The notes beneath the pieces were generated by a model. That model was not told the origin of the DNA. It saw nothing but the letters and a program-made list of their open reading frames with translations, and did no database searches. From positions 96,001-160,000 of the IMG/VR virus record IMGVR_UViG_3300032265_002598: a DNA stretch of 64,000 nt, one strand, 5' to 3'. Origin of the DNA: a virus (Duplodnaviria > Caudoviricetes). Of the stretch, positions 1 to 10,862 are shown in pieces (the stretch's first letter is position 1; each line of letters begins with the position of its first letter). Made by a program: the position numbers and the translations under genes.

Positions 1-3000
1 GCTCAAATAGGCGATTTATTTAGAAATGCTCCTAAGTTTATTGAGGCACTATATAAAGGTGAAACTCCATTAGCTAAGGGAAAGAAACATATTTTTTCTC
101 TATTATCTCAAGGAGCCAGAGTTAAAGGCATTGAGGCTTTAATTAAAGCAAGAACATTATTTTCCGGTTCTGACCAATCAGTACTTGGTGAAAGAACAGT
201 TTATGCTGATCCTTCAAGAACTCCAGAGAATACTATTGGAAGAGACAAATTAGTATATAGAAACAATCCAATGGGATCGGTATTTGGAGCTGATAGAGAT
301 CAATCTGGTTTAACTGCCGCAGAAAAAGCTAAAATAGAAGAAAGACTTAGAGAACATGATTGGGCAGGATCATTAGATAATACGGGTTCCTCTCCATCTC
401 ACGCCATGAGAGATCCTAGGTTTACAACTACTGTTGGTAATGATCTTAATTGGGATAAAGATGGTGATGGAAGAGTATCTAAAGAAGAGTGGTTAGAAAA
501 ATTTAGTGGCATGGATAATGGTGGAAAAAGATTATTTAGTAAATATGATCTTAATAATAATGGATTTTTAGAGCTTAAAGAATTTACTAAATTTTATAAT
601 GAGTCCAAGGGTACTCTTGGTCCAGAAAACGATGCGGCAGCTGTAGATTTGGGAAGGTCTATTAATGAAAGACACGCAAATAGAGTAAAACCAGTTGATG
701 CTTTGAAGGCAATGTTTGAAGATAAAAAAATAAGAGAAGCATTAACAACGAATGCTAAATATTCTATTACAGAGACTTTTATACCTAAAAATCTAAAGAA
801 TATATCTCAAAATGAAATTGATGAACCAAAAATTCTTAAAGAATTACAGGATAAATATAGCGAATTATATCCTAAGAGAACCACAATACCTGATATATTA
901 AACAATGAATTACCTTTACCAAAATATATAGATGATAAATTTGCAGATTTATTTGCTGATAGGGCTGAATTTGCTCCCTTAGGTGTTTTAAATAATTATC
1001 ATATAGAAGACCTTCATAAAGTTATTAGAGAACCATTTCATTTTACCAATAAAAATACTTCACGTAATTTACTATTAGAAAAGAATTTTGATTTCAATAA
1101 AGAGCCGTGGAAAGAACTGGTTAAACCATACGAAAAATCTCCCTATCAATTACCGTTTGGCTTTCAATCAGCGACCCAGTTACTCAAATCTAATGCTGAC
1201 CATTGGTTTGACACAACAATATTTCCAGAAAATAATTGGAACAATCCTAGAAGTTGGAGAGATGATAAATATAGTATTGGAGTCATCCCATACGACCCCA
1301 AATCTGTACAACAAGGTCAATGGTCAATACCTCCCGGTCAACAAGTCGGTAACTCTGTTCCACCAGGGCAACAAGCAGGAACACCAGCTAGTCAAGCTGG
1401 AACAGTACCTCCCGGTCAACCACCAACCGGGACATCGGGATCAACAGTTCCTCCTAATAAACCAGTAGAAAACAAGTTAGTTGGCTCTACTATTAGAGAC
1501 AAATACTATGATGAATTAACATATAAAGAATATTTAGCTTCTTTAATCAAAGCTGAAAAAGCTCCAGAAGCTCCAGATAAAAAGTTATTCACAACACCAG
1601 CTTTCTATACTATCGGCCCAGATGGTCAAAAAGTTCGTGATACAGCTTATGACACTAGAGAAACACAAAGAAGAATTGGCGGAGGAAAGCCAATTGATAA
1701 AGATGATATTAATCATGCCATGGTGTCAACATTAGCTAATGATATTTATAATGATTACAATAATGTTCAATCTCATTTAGGAACATTTAAGAATCCAAGA
1801 AGTGATGCTAATGTTAAAGACCAATCTTTATCTGGAATAGAATTAGGCTATGGTAATTTAGTAAATAACTTAACAAAACTTAGCACACTAACTAATCTTT
1901 CCAAGATGAAAAATAAACCCATCATGGTCGGAGAAGCTAAAAATATTCCATTTAGTATTGATGATGTTGTTGATAGACTAAGAGTAATGAGAGAGATATA
2001 TAATAATGAAATCCTATCTAAGAAGAAAGAAAAACTTGGTAAAATTAATGATTCTATTCTCGACGATTTCTTCTCGTCTACTGCAAAAATCACTGAAACC
2101 AACAATGTTCCAACTCCTGCTGATGGCAAGCCATTTAGTGGAAAAGAAGTAAGAACAAATAGAGGTATTCCAGGGCCTATAAGAATGCCTGTTAGAGGTA
2201 TGACTGGAGTAGAAACTCAATATAAAAATTCTTATAATCACTATAGACGTATTTTAGGAGAATATAATTATCATCAGATGGTGGGTAGAGGCAAAAGATA
2301 TGCTCAAGGACATAAAACAACTACTAGAGTAGCTAAAACACTATCTTCTGGTGGAATGGTATATGCTAGTAATGGAATGTTAATTCCTTATGCTCCAAAA
2401 GGAACTGATACTGTACCAGCCATGTTAACTCCAGGAGAATTTGTTGTTAACCGAGCAGCTACTCAAGCTAATTTGCCATTATTACAGAGTATTAATAAAA
2501 ATAAGGGTGGAGAAATCAGTTATTATGCTACTGGTGGAATGGCTGCTCCTGATACTGCTAGTATTTCATACGACATTAGACAACAAGAAGCTAATACTCT
2601 TAATAATCAAAAAACCTCTATGAATAGCAGTAAAACATTGAATGCTATAATAGATACACAAAAAACAACCCAAAATATACAAAGTTCCACACAACAATTT
2701 ATTCCAAGTGTTAATAGTAGCTTTTCTTCTTTGTTTGTAGAATCAAAAAATATTTCAAAAGGAGTTCAAGGAGTAAGAAGAGATATTACAAATGTTGATT
2801 CTTCAATTTTAAAATCCAAAGATGAAACAAATCAGAATATAACTAGTCTTGCAAAATACAATTCTTCTAGTGCTAACTCTGTTGGAAATAGCATTGGAGC
2901 AATTGGTCAGCAGGTTGTAATGAAGTCAAATGATAATATTAAACACGTTTCTAAAGGTGGTACAGTATATGCTGCTGAAGGTCAATTAATTAATTTCCAG

Positions 3001-4848
3001 CCTCATGGCACAGACACTATTCCTGCGATGCTAACTCCTGGAGAATTTGTTGTTAACGCTAGAGCAACACAACAGAATCTTCAATTATTACAGGCTATTA
3101 ATAAAAATAAAGGAGGAATGGTTTATGCTCAAGATGGTATATTAGTACCTAATTCTAGAGAGCTTCAACAATATGGGGATATAAAACAGGACACATTTGA
3201 CCCATCAAAAGCAACAACTCCTAGTTCTGATAAGCGAAAAGCTAAAAGAAGTGAGTATTTACAGAAACAAATAGAGAGAGAAGAAGCAAAAGAATTTAAT
3301 AAATTAGGAATTAACTATAATAATAGTACTACCATAGAAGATATACTAAAAGCTTTGAAAAAACAAAGAAATTACCAAGAAAAAAACGATTACTATCTAC
3401 GTCAATTTATTTCGGATGAATCATTAGGATTAAGACTAAAAAGATTTCCAAAAATTAGCAAAGCAATTGAAACTATAAAAGAACAATCGACTATAAATCC
3501 ATTCGATCCTCCAACAACAGATCCTCTTAATCCTGCCAAACCATCTACAGTTGATGAGCCAAAAGTATATTATAAAGGTGTCGAAACAAAAGCAAATGGA
3601 GGAATGATCTACGCTGCTGAAGGAAAATTAATCAATTTCCAGCCTCGTGGTACTGATACTGTTCCCGCTATGTTAACTCCTGGAGAGTTTGTTGTTAATC
3701 GTCAAGCCACCCAACAAAATCTCTCTTTACTAAAAACTATTAATAGTGGTAATTATAAGGAATCTTCTAAAGGATACTCTCATGGGGGAGTAATATATCT
3801 GGAAAAGGGTGCTCAAGTTCCCCCAGAGTTGCGGGGACTTGAAAATAGTGCTGTTGGTCAAATAATATTAAAAGTCAAAGCTCAAGCTGAAAGTTATCCT
3901 AATCTTTTTGAGGCTCTTGATGATAAAGCTATAAATCAAAATCTTAAAAAAGATGAATTAGTGACAAAGTACGAAGATGCTTGGAAAACTATGGATCCTA
4001 GTGCTAGATATTCATCGGCCCAACAACAATTTAAAACAGATAAAGCTAGAGTAGATTATTTAGAAGAAATATATACTAACAGTATGAATGCTTATGATAG
4101 TATTTTGAAAAGTACTCTATCTCCAAGAGCTAACTATATTAAAGTAAAAGATAAAAGTATAATAGAAATACTGCTTGGACAAAAAGTAGCTAAATTAGAA
4201 CACGATGTAATACATGAAACTTGGGTTGAATTATTCAAAAAGCATCCAGAATTTCGTAGTGGTCCTATTAATGCTGGAGCAACCCAGGCCGCTGGAACAG
4301 GTACTGTAGCAGGACAAACAACGGTAGCAGCAGCAGGAAAACAATATGGTGGTATGATTTATGCTAATCATGGTATGATGATTCCTTATATTCCAAGAGG
4401 TAGTGATACTGTTCCTGCTATGTTAACACCGGGCGAATTTGTTGTTAATAGAGCATCAACCCAGCAAAATCTACCTTTATTACAAGCTATTAACAATAAT
4501 CGATATAGTCGTGGCGGCAGTGTTAAGTATTTAGCTCATGGTGCAATGGCTGATGAGTCTGGTGCTGGTGGTGGTGTATCTAATGGTGGAGGCTCATCCT
4601 CACCCAATATGGATGGATTAAGCCAGTTTACGACAAAATTTGAAGAATTTATTGGCCAATTAAAAGCAATAAACTTACCACCAATTATTAATGTTATGGG
4701 TAATCATAAGGTTGAGGTAGTATTTAATGGAGCAGAAGTATTGAAACAACTCAGTGAAACAGCCATCAGTGATATGGTTGTTGCAGAAGTTGGTAGAGCT
4801 ATGGGTACTCTTAGTGATCAAACAGAAGGCGCTTTAGGGAGAAAATAA
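1..4848 (+). CDS. Large virion protein, tape-measure-like (5' partial; frame open from position 1)
   Basis: Frame 1 has no stop from base 1 to the ATG at 271, so the gene starts upstream of the window. It contains four GTDT(V/I)PAMLTPGEFVVN motifs of the kind seen in C-terminal regions of phage tape-measure proteins, has an EF-hand pair, and lies directly upstream of tail-fibre-like genes. Confidence 0.6.
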   Translation, partial: AQIGDLFRNAPKFIEALYKGETPLAKGKKHIFSLLSQGARVKGIEALIKARTLFSGSDQSVLGERTVYADPSRTPENTIGRDKLVYRNNPMGSVFGADRDQSGLTAAEKAKIEERLREHDWAGSLDNTGSSPSHAMRDPRFTTTVGNDLNWDKDGDGRVSKEEWLEKFSGMDNGGKRLFSKYDLNNNGFLELKEFTKFYNESKGTLGPENDAAAVDLGRSINERHANRVKPVDALKAMFEDKKIREALTTNAKYSITETFIPKNLKNISQNEIDEPKILKELQDKYSELYPKRTTIPDILNNELPLPKYIDDKFADLFADRAEFAPLGVLNNYHIEDLHKVIREPFHFTNKNTSRNLLLEKNFDFNKEPWKELVKPYEKSPYQLPFGFQSATQLLKSNADHWFDTTIFPENNWNNPRSWRDDKYSIGVIPYDPKSVQQGQWSIPPGQQVGNSVPPGQQAGTPASQAGTVPPGQPPTGTSGSTVPPNKPVENKLVGSTIRDKYYDELTYKEYLASLIKAEKAPEAPDKKLFTTPAFYTIGPDGQKVRDTAYDTRETQRRIGGGKPIDKDDINHAMVSTLANDIYNDYNNVQSHLGTFKNPRSDANVKDQSLSGIELGYGNLVNNLTKLSTLTNLSKMKNKPIMVGEAKNIPFSIDDVVDRLRVMREIYNNEILSKKKEKLGKINDSILDDFFSSTAKITETNNVPTPADGKPFSGKEVRTNRGIPGPIRMPVRGMTGVETQYKNSYNHYRRILGEYNYHQMVGRGKRYAQGHKTTTRVAKTLSSGGMVYASNGMLIPYAPKGTDTVPAMLTPGEFVVNRAATQANLPLLQSINKNKGGEISYYATGGMAAPDTASISYDIRQQEANTLNNQKTSMNSSKTLNAIIDTQKTTQNIQSSTQQFIPSVNSSFSSLFVESKNISKGVQGVRRDITNVDSSILKSKDETNQNITSLAKYNSSSANSVGNSIGAIGQQVVMKSNDNIKHVSKGGTVYAAEGQLINFQPHGTDTIPAMLTPGEFVVNARATQQNLQLLQAINKNKGGMVYAQDGILVPNSRELQQYGDIKQDTFDPSKATTPSSDKRKAKRSEYLQKQIEREEAKEFNKLGINYNNSTTIEDILKALKKQRNYQEKNDYYLRQFISDESLGLRLKRFPKISKAIETIKEQSTINPFDPPTTDPLNPAKPSTVDEPKVYYKGVETKANGGMIYAAEGKLINFQPRGTDTVPAMLTPGEFVVNRQATQQNLSLLKTINSGNYKESSKGYSHGGVIYLEKGAQVPPELRGLENSAVGQIILKVKAQAESYPNLFEALDDKAINQNLKKDELVTKYEDAWKTMDPSARYSSAQQQFKTDKARVDYLEEIYTNSMNAYDSILKSTLSPRANYIKVKDKSIIEILLGQKVAKLEHDVIHETWVELFKKHPEFRSGPINAGATQAAGTGTVAGQTTVAAAGKQYGGMIYANHGMMIPYIPRGSDTVPAMLTPGEFVVNRASTQQNLPLLQAINNNRYSRGGSVKYLAHGAMADESGAGGGVSNGGGSSSPNMDGLSQFTTKFEEFIGQLKAINLPPIINVMGNHKVEVVFNGAEVLKQLSETAISDMVVAEVGRAMGTLSDQTEGALGRK
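454..582 (+). other. EF-hand pair (two 12-residue Ca-binding loops)
   Basis: DKDGDGRVSKEE (454-489) and DLNNNGFLELKE (547-582) match D-x-D/N-x-D/N-G-x-[IVL]-x-x-x-E. Confidence 0.75.
1327..1458 (+). repeat. Short Pro/Gln/Gly-rich imperfect repeats (VPPGQ)
   Basis: IPPGQQVG / VPPGQQAG / VPPGQPPTG / VPPN; cctcccggtcaa occurs at 1330 and 1408. Confidence 0.7.
2350..4540 (+). repeat. Four dispersed copies of a ~55-aa motif GGxxYAxxG..GTDTVPAMLTPGEFVVN..TQxNLxLLxxIN
   Basis: Copies start near 2350, 2956, 3598 and 4348 and are visible at both protein and DNA level (atgttaactccaggagaatttgttgttaa and variants). Confidence 0.9.
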
Positions 4849-7800
4849 TGGCTGACACAACAATTTCGGGTACACTAAATGTTGGTTCTGGTACAACTCC
4901 GGATATAAAACTATCAGATACCGCTGGTATCTCTAGCTCTTTTAATATTAACAAATTAGATATTGACTTTAGTATTAAAGGAACGGGTAATGGTTTGATG
5001 TATTTCGATGCCTCAACAGGAAGAGTTGGTATCGGAACCGGTGTGCCTGACGCTGTTTTGCACGTTGTTGCTCCATGCGCCAAAGACGGATTGATTATTG
5101 AAAGTGTAACCAATTGTCCAACTGGCGTAACTCTATTGTTAGTTCATAACCCCCAAACTGCTCCAGTATCAGGTAGTTATCCTGCTATAATTAATCTTGC
5201 TGGTCGTGATACTAATTATAATAAAATAGCATATGGACAAATTGTGTCTAAAATACTAGATCCTATCACAGGATATACTAGTGGAGAAATTCTTTTTACA
5301 GTTGATAATCGTGGTACTAATACTCCAGTATTTAAAGCTAATGTAAAAAATATAGTATTGGGAGGTAATAATAGCGTATCTGGTTATTCATATACTGTTA
5401 TTGGCGGTAGTAATGCTGTAACAGGCGTAGGTATCACTAGTATTGGAGCTTACAATAGTGGACTATCTAATAGTGGTCTAATTATTGGAAATGCCAATAT
5501 TTTTAATGGCACTAAAATTGTTGCCTTAGTAAATAATTCTAAATTTGTTGGAGCCAATAATATTGCTATGGGAGATACTGTAGCTATTACTGGTTTATCT
5601 AATATTTTTATAGGCAACTCAAATCTCCTTAGCGGATCAAATAATATTTTGATGGGAGATAACAATTCTTTTAATGGAGATATGAGTATTGGTTTAACTC
5701 AATTATCTTCAAATACCGGGTCATCAGGCATTATTTTTGGAGCTTATGCTACTAATAGTGGAAATAATAATATATACATAGGTAATCTTAATAATTTGAT
5801 TGGTAATTCTAATAATGTTGTTGGCTCCCTAGTTTCTGTTACAGGAGACAGCAATAATATTTATGGCAGTTCTGATTCTATCTTAGGATCTAAATTAATT
5901 TCTATAGGATCAAATCAGTTTTTAAATACTGTAACTAGTGGTATTTTTATTGGTAATGATATGTCATTATCTAATTCTAATAAACTTTTATTTTTAGGTA
6001 TGGGCAATACCAATACAAAAGATGGTCTAGCAAAAAGCATTTTGATTGGTATCAACAATAATCTAAGTAATGGTACCCCAGATCAAATTTTATTGATTGG
6101 TCAATCAAATATTATACAAAACATTACAGGTTCTGTTGTACTAGGTAATACTAATAATGTTAGCGGGTCTGTTTCTAATAATTTAGTTATGGGTAATTCC
6201 AATGCTGTATCATTAATTAGCACAAATAATTTAGTTTTAGGAATATTAAACAATCAAACTGGTATTTATATTGATTCTGCTGGTAGTATAACAGGATCAG
6301 GTAAAAGACCAGCTGGAACTGTTATTAATTCTATAGTTGCTGGTATAAATAATGTAGTATATGCTGGAAATAGTCATATTGTAGTTGGTAATAAAAATGC
6401 TATATCGGGTTCTAGTAGTAATACTTTAGGATCATATAATAATCTTCAAAATAGTACAAATGCTTATAATATTGGTAATTCTAACTTTTTAGTAGGTAGT
6501 CAACTAGCTACAGTTGGTAGTAAAATTAATTTGATTGGTCAAGAATCAGTGGTATTCAACACATCCAATCAACAAATGAATGTTTTTGGTAGTGGTAACA
6601 TTGTTTTAGGATACAACCAAGTTGTTAATAATGGTATTGCTGTAGGTACTTCTAATAGATTAGATGGCTTAAATAATATTGTTTATGGTCGTAATAATAC
6701 ACTGGGATATACCAGAAATACATGCTTTATGACTGATGCTGGTGGCACTACTATTACTATTCCAACTAAAGGAATGTTAGCCCAGTATTTACAGGGAGAT
6801 AAAATATTAGTTTCTTTTCAGAATCCCCCATCAACATCTAACACTTTTGTAAGAACTATTTCGGCAATTGTAGAAGATACAATTGAGCCAAAAACCTATA
6901 TTACTCTTGATATTCCAGTGATTCTTGATTATGGAAATGGTTATTATTCTATAAATAATGCATTTGATGATAATAATAGTCCTTCAAATGTTGTTAGTGG
7001 GCTTATCATGCCATACCAAAGAATGGGTGGTGCTGGTGGAGCAGAACTTAATCCTGTATATGGATCTAATAATATTATTGTTGGATCTAATAATAGATAT
7101 CCTTTTACTAGTGGTTTAATTTTAGGCTATAATAACTATATGTCTGGTGTGAGAAATATAGCTATTGGATATGGTTTGACCGGAGTTGCAGATGATACTC
7201 TATATTTGGGTACTAATAATAGTAATAAGATGATTCTTGATAATTATAAGATTGTTTTTAATTCCGGTAAACTACAACAGAATCTTATTGTTAAGTCTGC
7301 TTCAGATTCTACTAGTGTTCTCAATGCTAATCTTAATAATAATAGAGTTGGCATTAATACAGATTCTCCAACATCTGATTTTTCTGTTAGTGGACTTTTA
7401 ACCACTACAGATTTTAAATTAGGATTTTCTTCTCCAGATGCTTATGTATTAACCAGTAATACTAATGGAGTTGGAACATGGCAGCTACCAGTTAGATTAT
7501 CTGGTACTAATGGAGGCATGTTATTTAAGATTACTGATAAAGGAGCAAGTGGTATTGCAGAAATTGGATATGATCCCAATAATAAACAATTAGGATTTAA
7601 TTTAGGTGGTAATAATGAACTCTATATTAATAGTACTGGTTTATTTCTAAATGATCAGGCTTTAGCTTATAAAGTAAGAATTCGCGGTAGTGGTGGTGTA
7701 GATTTTGCAAGAATATTATTTGATACTGACTATCCTAATCATAGAATTAATTTTTATAATATCGGCGGTAATTCTGGTAATTTCAATAATTTTACTTTAA

Positions 7801-9218
7801 ATAGTGGATTAACTTTACCTATTAGTTTAACTGGAACTTATTTATATGTTAATAATAGTGGTAAATTATCTTCTTATGTAACTAGACCTAACAGTATTCT
7901 ATTCTCTAATAATGCTTCATATTCTACAGGAAATAGTAGCCTACGCTGGATCAATTCACAACAAGTTATGGCTATGGGAGCATCAGTTGATGTTACAGAA
8001 GATACAGTACCTACTAATGGCTATGATAGTTACTATAACATATTATTAAGTTCTAATTCACAAGTAGACACAGTATTTAATAATCGTGGATTCAATAATA
8101 GATTTGCTGTTTTAAATTCTGGCAATGATAGGACTATAGGTTTTCATATTGGTCCAACTGGTGCTGTAGCTATTAATACAGCATTGTCAAATTTATCATC
8201 TGTCAATCCAAAAGCAGCTCTTTATGTTAATGGTAAAACTTGGGTAACAGAACTAAAAATAGGAAATGATTCTGCTCCATCAGGATATTATTTAAGAACA
8301 GATGCTTCTGGAAATATTCGTTTTAGTAATCTTGATATTAATAATCAGTTTACTGCATATTCTACTGATGCTATTACTAATAGTTATCCTATTAACGTAA
8401 TTTCTACTACACAGGGTGTAGATGGTTCATTTATTACTAATTTTGGTTTTACCAAAAGAAACTCAAATGGAAATCCATTTACAGCAAGTGATGATGGAGC
8501 ATATGTTGCATATAATGGTTTAGCTTGGGTTACTGCTAGTGGTCTTAAAGCGTATCAAACCCAGCTGGAAACAGGTAATCCACAAAGTTCTCCTGGTATA
8601 GCTATTGGTTATAAACCTTCAGTAACTAGTACATTTAATACTCATGCATTCGCTGGCGGTTCATTTAGTCATACTAGCAAAACATATGATGGATCATCCC
8701 AATATGTTCAGTATTATTTAAGAACCCGCACAACAGGCCCAAGTAATACAACCAATCCTCTAGTTACTAATTGGTCAAAAACTAATGTTGTATCAGATGA
8801 AAGTCCTAATAACTGTATTAATTTTAATGATTTTTATGCTTTAGACTCTTATAGTCCTGGATATGATAGAGTTTGGGCATATAAAATTAGCGTTTCAGTA
8901 TTATGGCAAAATAGTACACAATCCACACCCAATAATACTGCTAGAAGATATGCTGGAACATATCAAATTGAGGGCGGTGTATATAGATCAGCCGATGGTT
9001 CTAATTTTTATAAGTTTGGTAATGAAAGCGTTAAATATTATGGAGATGCTATGCCATCTTTTATGGGATTATCTACTGAAGTTAGAAATACAAGTAGTAT
9101 TCCGAGACTCAGTATAGTTGCTAGTGGTGTTGGCGGATATACTGCTCTTTGGTCAGCTACCGCTAGAATTAATCAACTTAACCATCCCGGAGATCTTACT
9201 TTATACGGAACAGTTTAG
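4848..9218 (+). CDS. Tail fibre / adhesin-like protein with YadA-head-like GxxN repeats
   Basis: GRVGIGTGVP and RVGINTDSP tail-fibre-type motifs, plus a long run of (I/V)xxGxxN repeats typical of trimeric beta-roll heads. Start overlaps the upstream stop (TAATG). Confidence 0.65.
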   Translation: MADTTISGTLNVGSGTTPDIKLSDTAGISSSFNINKLDIDFSIKGTGNGLMYFDASTGRVGIGTGVPDAVLHVVAPCAKDGLIIESVTNCPTGVTLLLVHNPQTAPVSGSYPAIINLAGRDTNYNKIAYGQIVSKILDPITGYTSGEILFTVDNRGTNTPVFKANVKNIVLGGNNSVSGYSYTVIGGSNAVTGVGITSIGAYNSGLSNSGLIIGNANIFNGTKIVALVNNSKFVGANNIAMGDTVAITGLSNIFIGNSNLLSGSNNILMGDNNSFNGDMSIGLTQLSSNTGSSGIIFGAYATNSGNNNIYIGNLNNLIGNSNNVVGSLVSVTGDSNNIYGSSDSILGSKLISIGSNQFLNTVTSGIFIGNDMSLSNSNKLLFLGMGNTNTKDGLAKSILIGINNNLSNGTPDQILLIGQSNIIQNITGSVVLGNTNNVSGSVSNNLVMGNSNAVSLISTNNLVLGILNNQTGIYIDSAGSITGSGKRPAGTVINSIVAGINNVVYAGNSHIVVGNKNAISGSSSNTLGSYNNLQNSTNAYNIGNSNFLVGSQLATVGSKINLIGQESVVFNTSNQQMNVFGSGNIVLGYNQVVNNGIAVGTSNRLDGLNNIVYGRNNTLGYTRNTCFMTDAGGTTITIPTKGMLAQYLQGDKILVSFQNPPSTSNTFVRTISAIVEDTIEPKTYITLDIPVILDYGNGYYSINNAFDDNNSPSNVVSGLIMPYQRMGGAGGAELNPVYGSNNIIVGSNNRYPFTSGLILGYNNYMSGVRNIAIGYGLTGVADDTLYLGTNNSNKMILDNYKIVFNSGKLQQNLIVKSASDSTSVLNANLNNNRVGINTDSPTSDFSVSGLLTTTDFKLGFSSPDAYVLTSNTNGVGTWQLPVRLSGTNGGMLFKITDKGASGIAEIGYDPNNKQLGFNLGGNNELYINSTGLFLNDQALAYKVRIRGSGGVDFARILFDTDYPNHRINFYNIGGNSGNFNNFTLNSGLTLPISLTGTYLYVNNSGKLSSYVTRPNSILFSNNASYSTGNSSLRWINSQQVMAMGASVDVTEDTVPTNGYDSYYNILLSSNSQVDTVFNNRGFNNRFAVLNSGNDRTIGFHIGPTGAVAINTALSNLSSVNPKAALYVNGKTWVTELKIGNDSAPSGYYLRTDASGNIRFSNLDINNQFTAYSTDAITNSYPINVISTTQGVDGSFITNFGFTKRNSNGNPFTASDDGAYVAYNGLAWVTASGLKAYQTQLETGNPQSSPGIAIGYKPSVTSTFNTHAFAGGSFSHTSKTYDGSSQYVQYYLRTRTTGPSNTTNPLVTNWSKTNVVSDESPNNCINFNDFYALDSYSPGYDRVWAYKISVSVLWQNSTQSTPNNTARRYAGTYQIEGGVYRSADGSNFYKFGNESVKYYGDAMPSFMGLSTEVRNTSSIPRLSIVASGVGGYTALWSATARINQLNHPGDLTLYGTV

Positions 9219-9240
9219 TTTTTAGGAAAGGATATTTATT

Positions 9241-10842
9241 ATGGCTACGTCAGCATTTCTTAGTTATGGTTCTTTTAGTTTTTCAGGAGTTAGTGGGTAT
9301 CCTATACCGGCTATTTCTATTTCCAAAGAATACCAAAGAAATGGAGCTGGAAAAACTATTGGAGCAACAACATCAGTAAATTTAGAAGGCAAATTATTTA
9401 CTGGTAGTGGAAATAGTGGACTTCCTCAATTATTAATACTAGAGAGTGGTCTTAGATCGGTTTTTATTGACGGAGGAACATTGACTTTTGGTTGTGGATC
9501 AACTAGTGGATCTTTTTCTGGAGGTAAAATATCAAGGTATTCTGCTAATAAAACAGATAATAATTGGACTACAACTATTGATTATAGTATTGATTTGCAA
9601 TTTGAAAATACTGTCACAACTGGCAATAATCCATTTTATGTTAGTAGTACTCAAGATGAATGGAGTATGGAAACTTTAGATGAGACAGCATTTGCTAGAG
9701 GGCCATTTAGTCTTGGTAATTATTTGCCAGGATATGGAAATCCTGCGCTTAATTTCAATCAAGGACAAAACTATCCTTTTTATAGAATTAGTCGCACTTT
9801 GGGAGCAGTTGGTAAATACATTCCATTTACAGGAGGTAGTGGAATTAGTGCTATTCAAAATGCTAAAGGTTGGGTTAATTATCAATTGGGAGATCAGCCA
9901 ACTTATAGTGGTGTAATCGGATTAACGTTGTATAATTTTGTCAGAAGCTTAAGCGTTAGTGAAGTTGAAGGATCTTTTAGATTAACAGATAATTGGATAG
10001 GAGTACCTACTGGAGTAACAATACCATATATAGAAACTTTTAATATTGATAGTTCATTAGATTCAGAACTTTTAAGAACAGTAACAATACAAGGAACAGT
10101 AAAGGGATTAGAACCATTTAATAGTGGTAATATATACAATTCTAATTTACTATCATATCTTAGTGGTTCTTTAAGTGGATCATTAAATCCTTTGTATAAT
10201 GATAATACTCATATAAATGGTATTAATAGTACTAAATTTATAAATGCATTAAGTGGATATGCTCAGATAAAATCTGGTTTACTTAATAGAATAAGCAGTG
10301 CTTTTGCTACTGGTACTTTAACTACTCTTGGTTATTCTACTTCTGCTACTAGTGGACTTTTGCCAATTAATCCTCTTCCAATGAGTATTACGGAAGGTAT
10401 GAATCCGGCAGAAGGTACAGTGACATACAATTGGGTTTTTAATAATAGACCAAGACCATATATAAACGGAGCTCTTAATGAGTCATTAACTATAGATGAT
10501 CGTCATGCTACTCCTATTATAGCTTCTATTTTCGTATTAGGGCGTAAATTAGGACCTATTTTACAAGACCTAGGAACTTTTAACGCATCAAGTAGAACAG
10601 TAAATTTTGAAGTGGTATTTCCTAAACCTAGTAGTTTAGTAGATATCGTATTCCCAGGAAACCATTACAATACTATAACAGGTGTAGTAGAGAGATTTAA
10701 TCCTGCTAGTTTTACAATTGGATATGCTGGTACAGTAGGAATTAAATCATATGTTACAGCTAATACTAGTAATTGGAATCCAAAAGAAGGACGAATCAGT
10801 GTTAGTAAAACCTGGGACTGGGTAAGATGTATAGAACAATAA
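9241..10842 (+). CDS. Putative virion/tail structural protein (533 aa)
   Basis: Long ORF with SD-like aggaaagga, beta-strand-rich S/T/G composition, located in the structural block. No family recognised. Confidence 0.5.
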   Translation: MATSAFLSYGSFSFSGVSGYPIPAISISKEYQRNGAGKTIGATTSVNLEGKLFTGSGNSGLPQLLILESGLRSVFIDGGTLTFGCGSTSGSFSGGKISRYSANKTDNNWTTTIDYSIDLQFENTVTTGNNPFYVSSTQDEWSMETLDETAFARGPFSLGNYLPGYGNPALNFNQGQNYPFYRISRTLGAVGKYIPFTGGSGISAIQNAKGWVNYQLGDQPTYSGVIGLTLYNFVRSLSVSEVEGSFRLTDNWIGVPTGVTIPYIETFNIDSSLDSELLRTVTIQGTVKGLEPFNSGNIYNSNLLSYLSGSLSGSLNPLYNDNTHINGINSTKFINALSGYAQIKSGLLNRISSAFATGTLTTLGYSTSATSGLLPINPLPMSITEGMNPAEGTVTYNWVFNNRPRPYINGALNESLTIDDRHATPIIASIFVLGRKLGPILQDLGTFNASSRTVNFEVVFPKPSSLVDIVFPGNHYNTITGVVERFNPASFTIGYAGTVGIKSYVTANTSNWNPKEGRISVSKTWDWVRCIEQ

Positions 10843-10862
10843 TTTAGATATAAGGACAACAA

